NCBI GenBank assembly: GCA_032718475.1
Contig: JAUCBJ010001162.1
Location: forward strand, 1-58,823
Length of the DNA: 58,823 nt
Direction of reading: 5' to 3'
DNA from: Nemertoderma westbladi
Lineage: Eukaryota; Animalia; Xenacoelomorpha
The first letter of the stretch is position 1. Each line of letters starts with the position of its first letter. The notes beneath the pieces were generated by a model. It saw only the letters and a list, made by a program, of their open reading frames with translations. It did no database searches and was not told where the DNA came from. This document shows positions 57,655 through 58,823 of the stretch, piece by piece. The translations under genes and the position numbers were made by a program.

Positions 57655-58570
57655 TTTGTTCGGCGAGCAACGAAAGTAAGCGAGCTTAGCATACAGGTAC
57701 CACTAACTCAATCGGTGTGTCTGTTGTTCTGTTATTCTGTTGTGTTCGAACTTTAAACGTTAATAACTCAGCCAAATCTTAAAGAAATCTATCCAAACTT
57801 GGTACACACATCTAGTCTGGCCAAAGTTTAGAAATTTCCAAGTTGAATTTTCGCGTGGCCTTCGAGAAGCTAAGATAATAGCAGTTAATTGGTTAATTAA
57901 GTTTATTAGGGTAAATGCAGCCATTTAAACCTGCCTCCTTAAAGGATATTAATTATTTTCTAGTATAAGATTTAAATAATTATACTTAAAAGTTATACAT
58001 CTGTAATCCCCATACCCCTTTCCATTATAGTTTTTAATCAGTTTAAGAGATTTGCTTTAAGAAATGTGTTTTTAATTGATCTAAATGTAATTAAGTTAAA
58101 ATGCTTTCCTTCACTCTATACTTCCAGTCTCATTCCTTGGCATTCTTGATATTGCCTAGCCCTAGATGGTAAACATTTCCAATCATCCTCCCACTGAGCT
58201 TGATCTATCTAGCACAATGATTGGCTGAATTTAATGGTGATTCTTTAGATATTAGCTAAATAATTTCGTTGAGTCGTTGACATGATAAATTAATATTTCA
58301 GTATCAATACTATCGGCATAAGGTAAGTTTTAATAAGTTTTACAAATTGGGTTGCCTCCGCACATAAAAATATATTTCTTTTAAAACACTAATTTCCTGT
58401 TAATACCTCTGCCTTTCATTAATCCTCTGTGCTCCTTTGCGGATGGGGTGGTGCAGATTAAGAGGGTGGTTGAAGCGAGGGAGGGAACGTTACTCTATGT
58501 GCCGATTTTGGGATAGAATTTCTCAATTTTAATCTGTATCTGATAACTGAGCCTCGTCCTGCGCGATGGT
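57655..58570 (+). mobile_element. Possible Helentron/HINE-like repeat
   Basis: Starts TTTGTTCGGCGAGCAACGAAAG, followed by a CTGTT-type microsatellite and AACTTTAAAC...ATAACTC...CCAAACTTGGTACA motifs of the kind common in such elements. Ends are poorly defined. Confidence 0.3.
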
Positions 58571-58743
58571 CCTACGAACGTGTTGGTCTATTAAACCTTT
58601 TAAAATGTACTTATTTGTATTTTCAGCAACACCTTTTGTCACCTTTTTGTGAGATTGATATTGGAATTCCTATGGCAGCCTTTCTGTGATTTATAAACCG
58701 CTCATACAGTTTTAGGCGCCTACAATAAAAATGTGTGCAAATA

Positions 58744-58765
58744 GTGTGTGTGTGTGTGTGTGTGT
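58744..58765. repeat. (GT)n microsatellite
   Basis: GTGTGTGTGTGTGTGTGTGTGT. Confidence 0.95.
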
Positions 58766-58823
58766 GATATTAGCTATAGATTCATAGTTATACACCATAT
58801 TTCTGGCGAGTTATATAATTAAT

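Overview
AT-rich, intron-containing, transposon-dense DNA, most consistent with an invertebrate animal genome. The species cannot be determined from the sequence. Host genes: (i) a complete 4-exon VLDLR/lipophorin-receptor-type (LR8) gene at 52825-57442 (+), with a collagen-like Gly-X-Y insertion in its YWTD propeller; (ii) a minus-strand secreted PAN/TSP1-like/cbEGF gene or pseudogene at about 6751-11526, only partly visible in the ORF track; (iii) an intronless, doubly frameshifted Cys-rich gene with signal peptide and GPI-type tail at 30189-30917. The main mobile feature is a recently inserted 12-kb BEL/Pao-derived LTR element at 36499-48476 (1251-bp near-identical LTRs, GATGT target-site duplication). 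Its intact 1405-aa ORF encodes Gag and protease but has lost RT, most of RNase H and integrase, and it carries about 3 kb of 3' accessory sequence. A related element ending at 2086 has a different, intact zinc-knuckle accessory ORF in the same position. Also present: an 8.9-kb 49-bp satellite with a ~4.1-kb higher-order duplication; RTE, Penelope (with hammerhead-like cores) and CRE-like retroelement fragments; piggyBac-, Tc1/mariner-, Helentron-like and long-TIR non-autonomous DNA elements; several mini- and microsatellites. Coordinates were read by eye, and family calls rest on motif recognition, not database searches.
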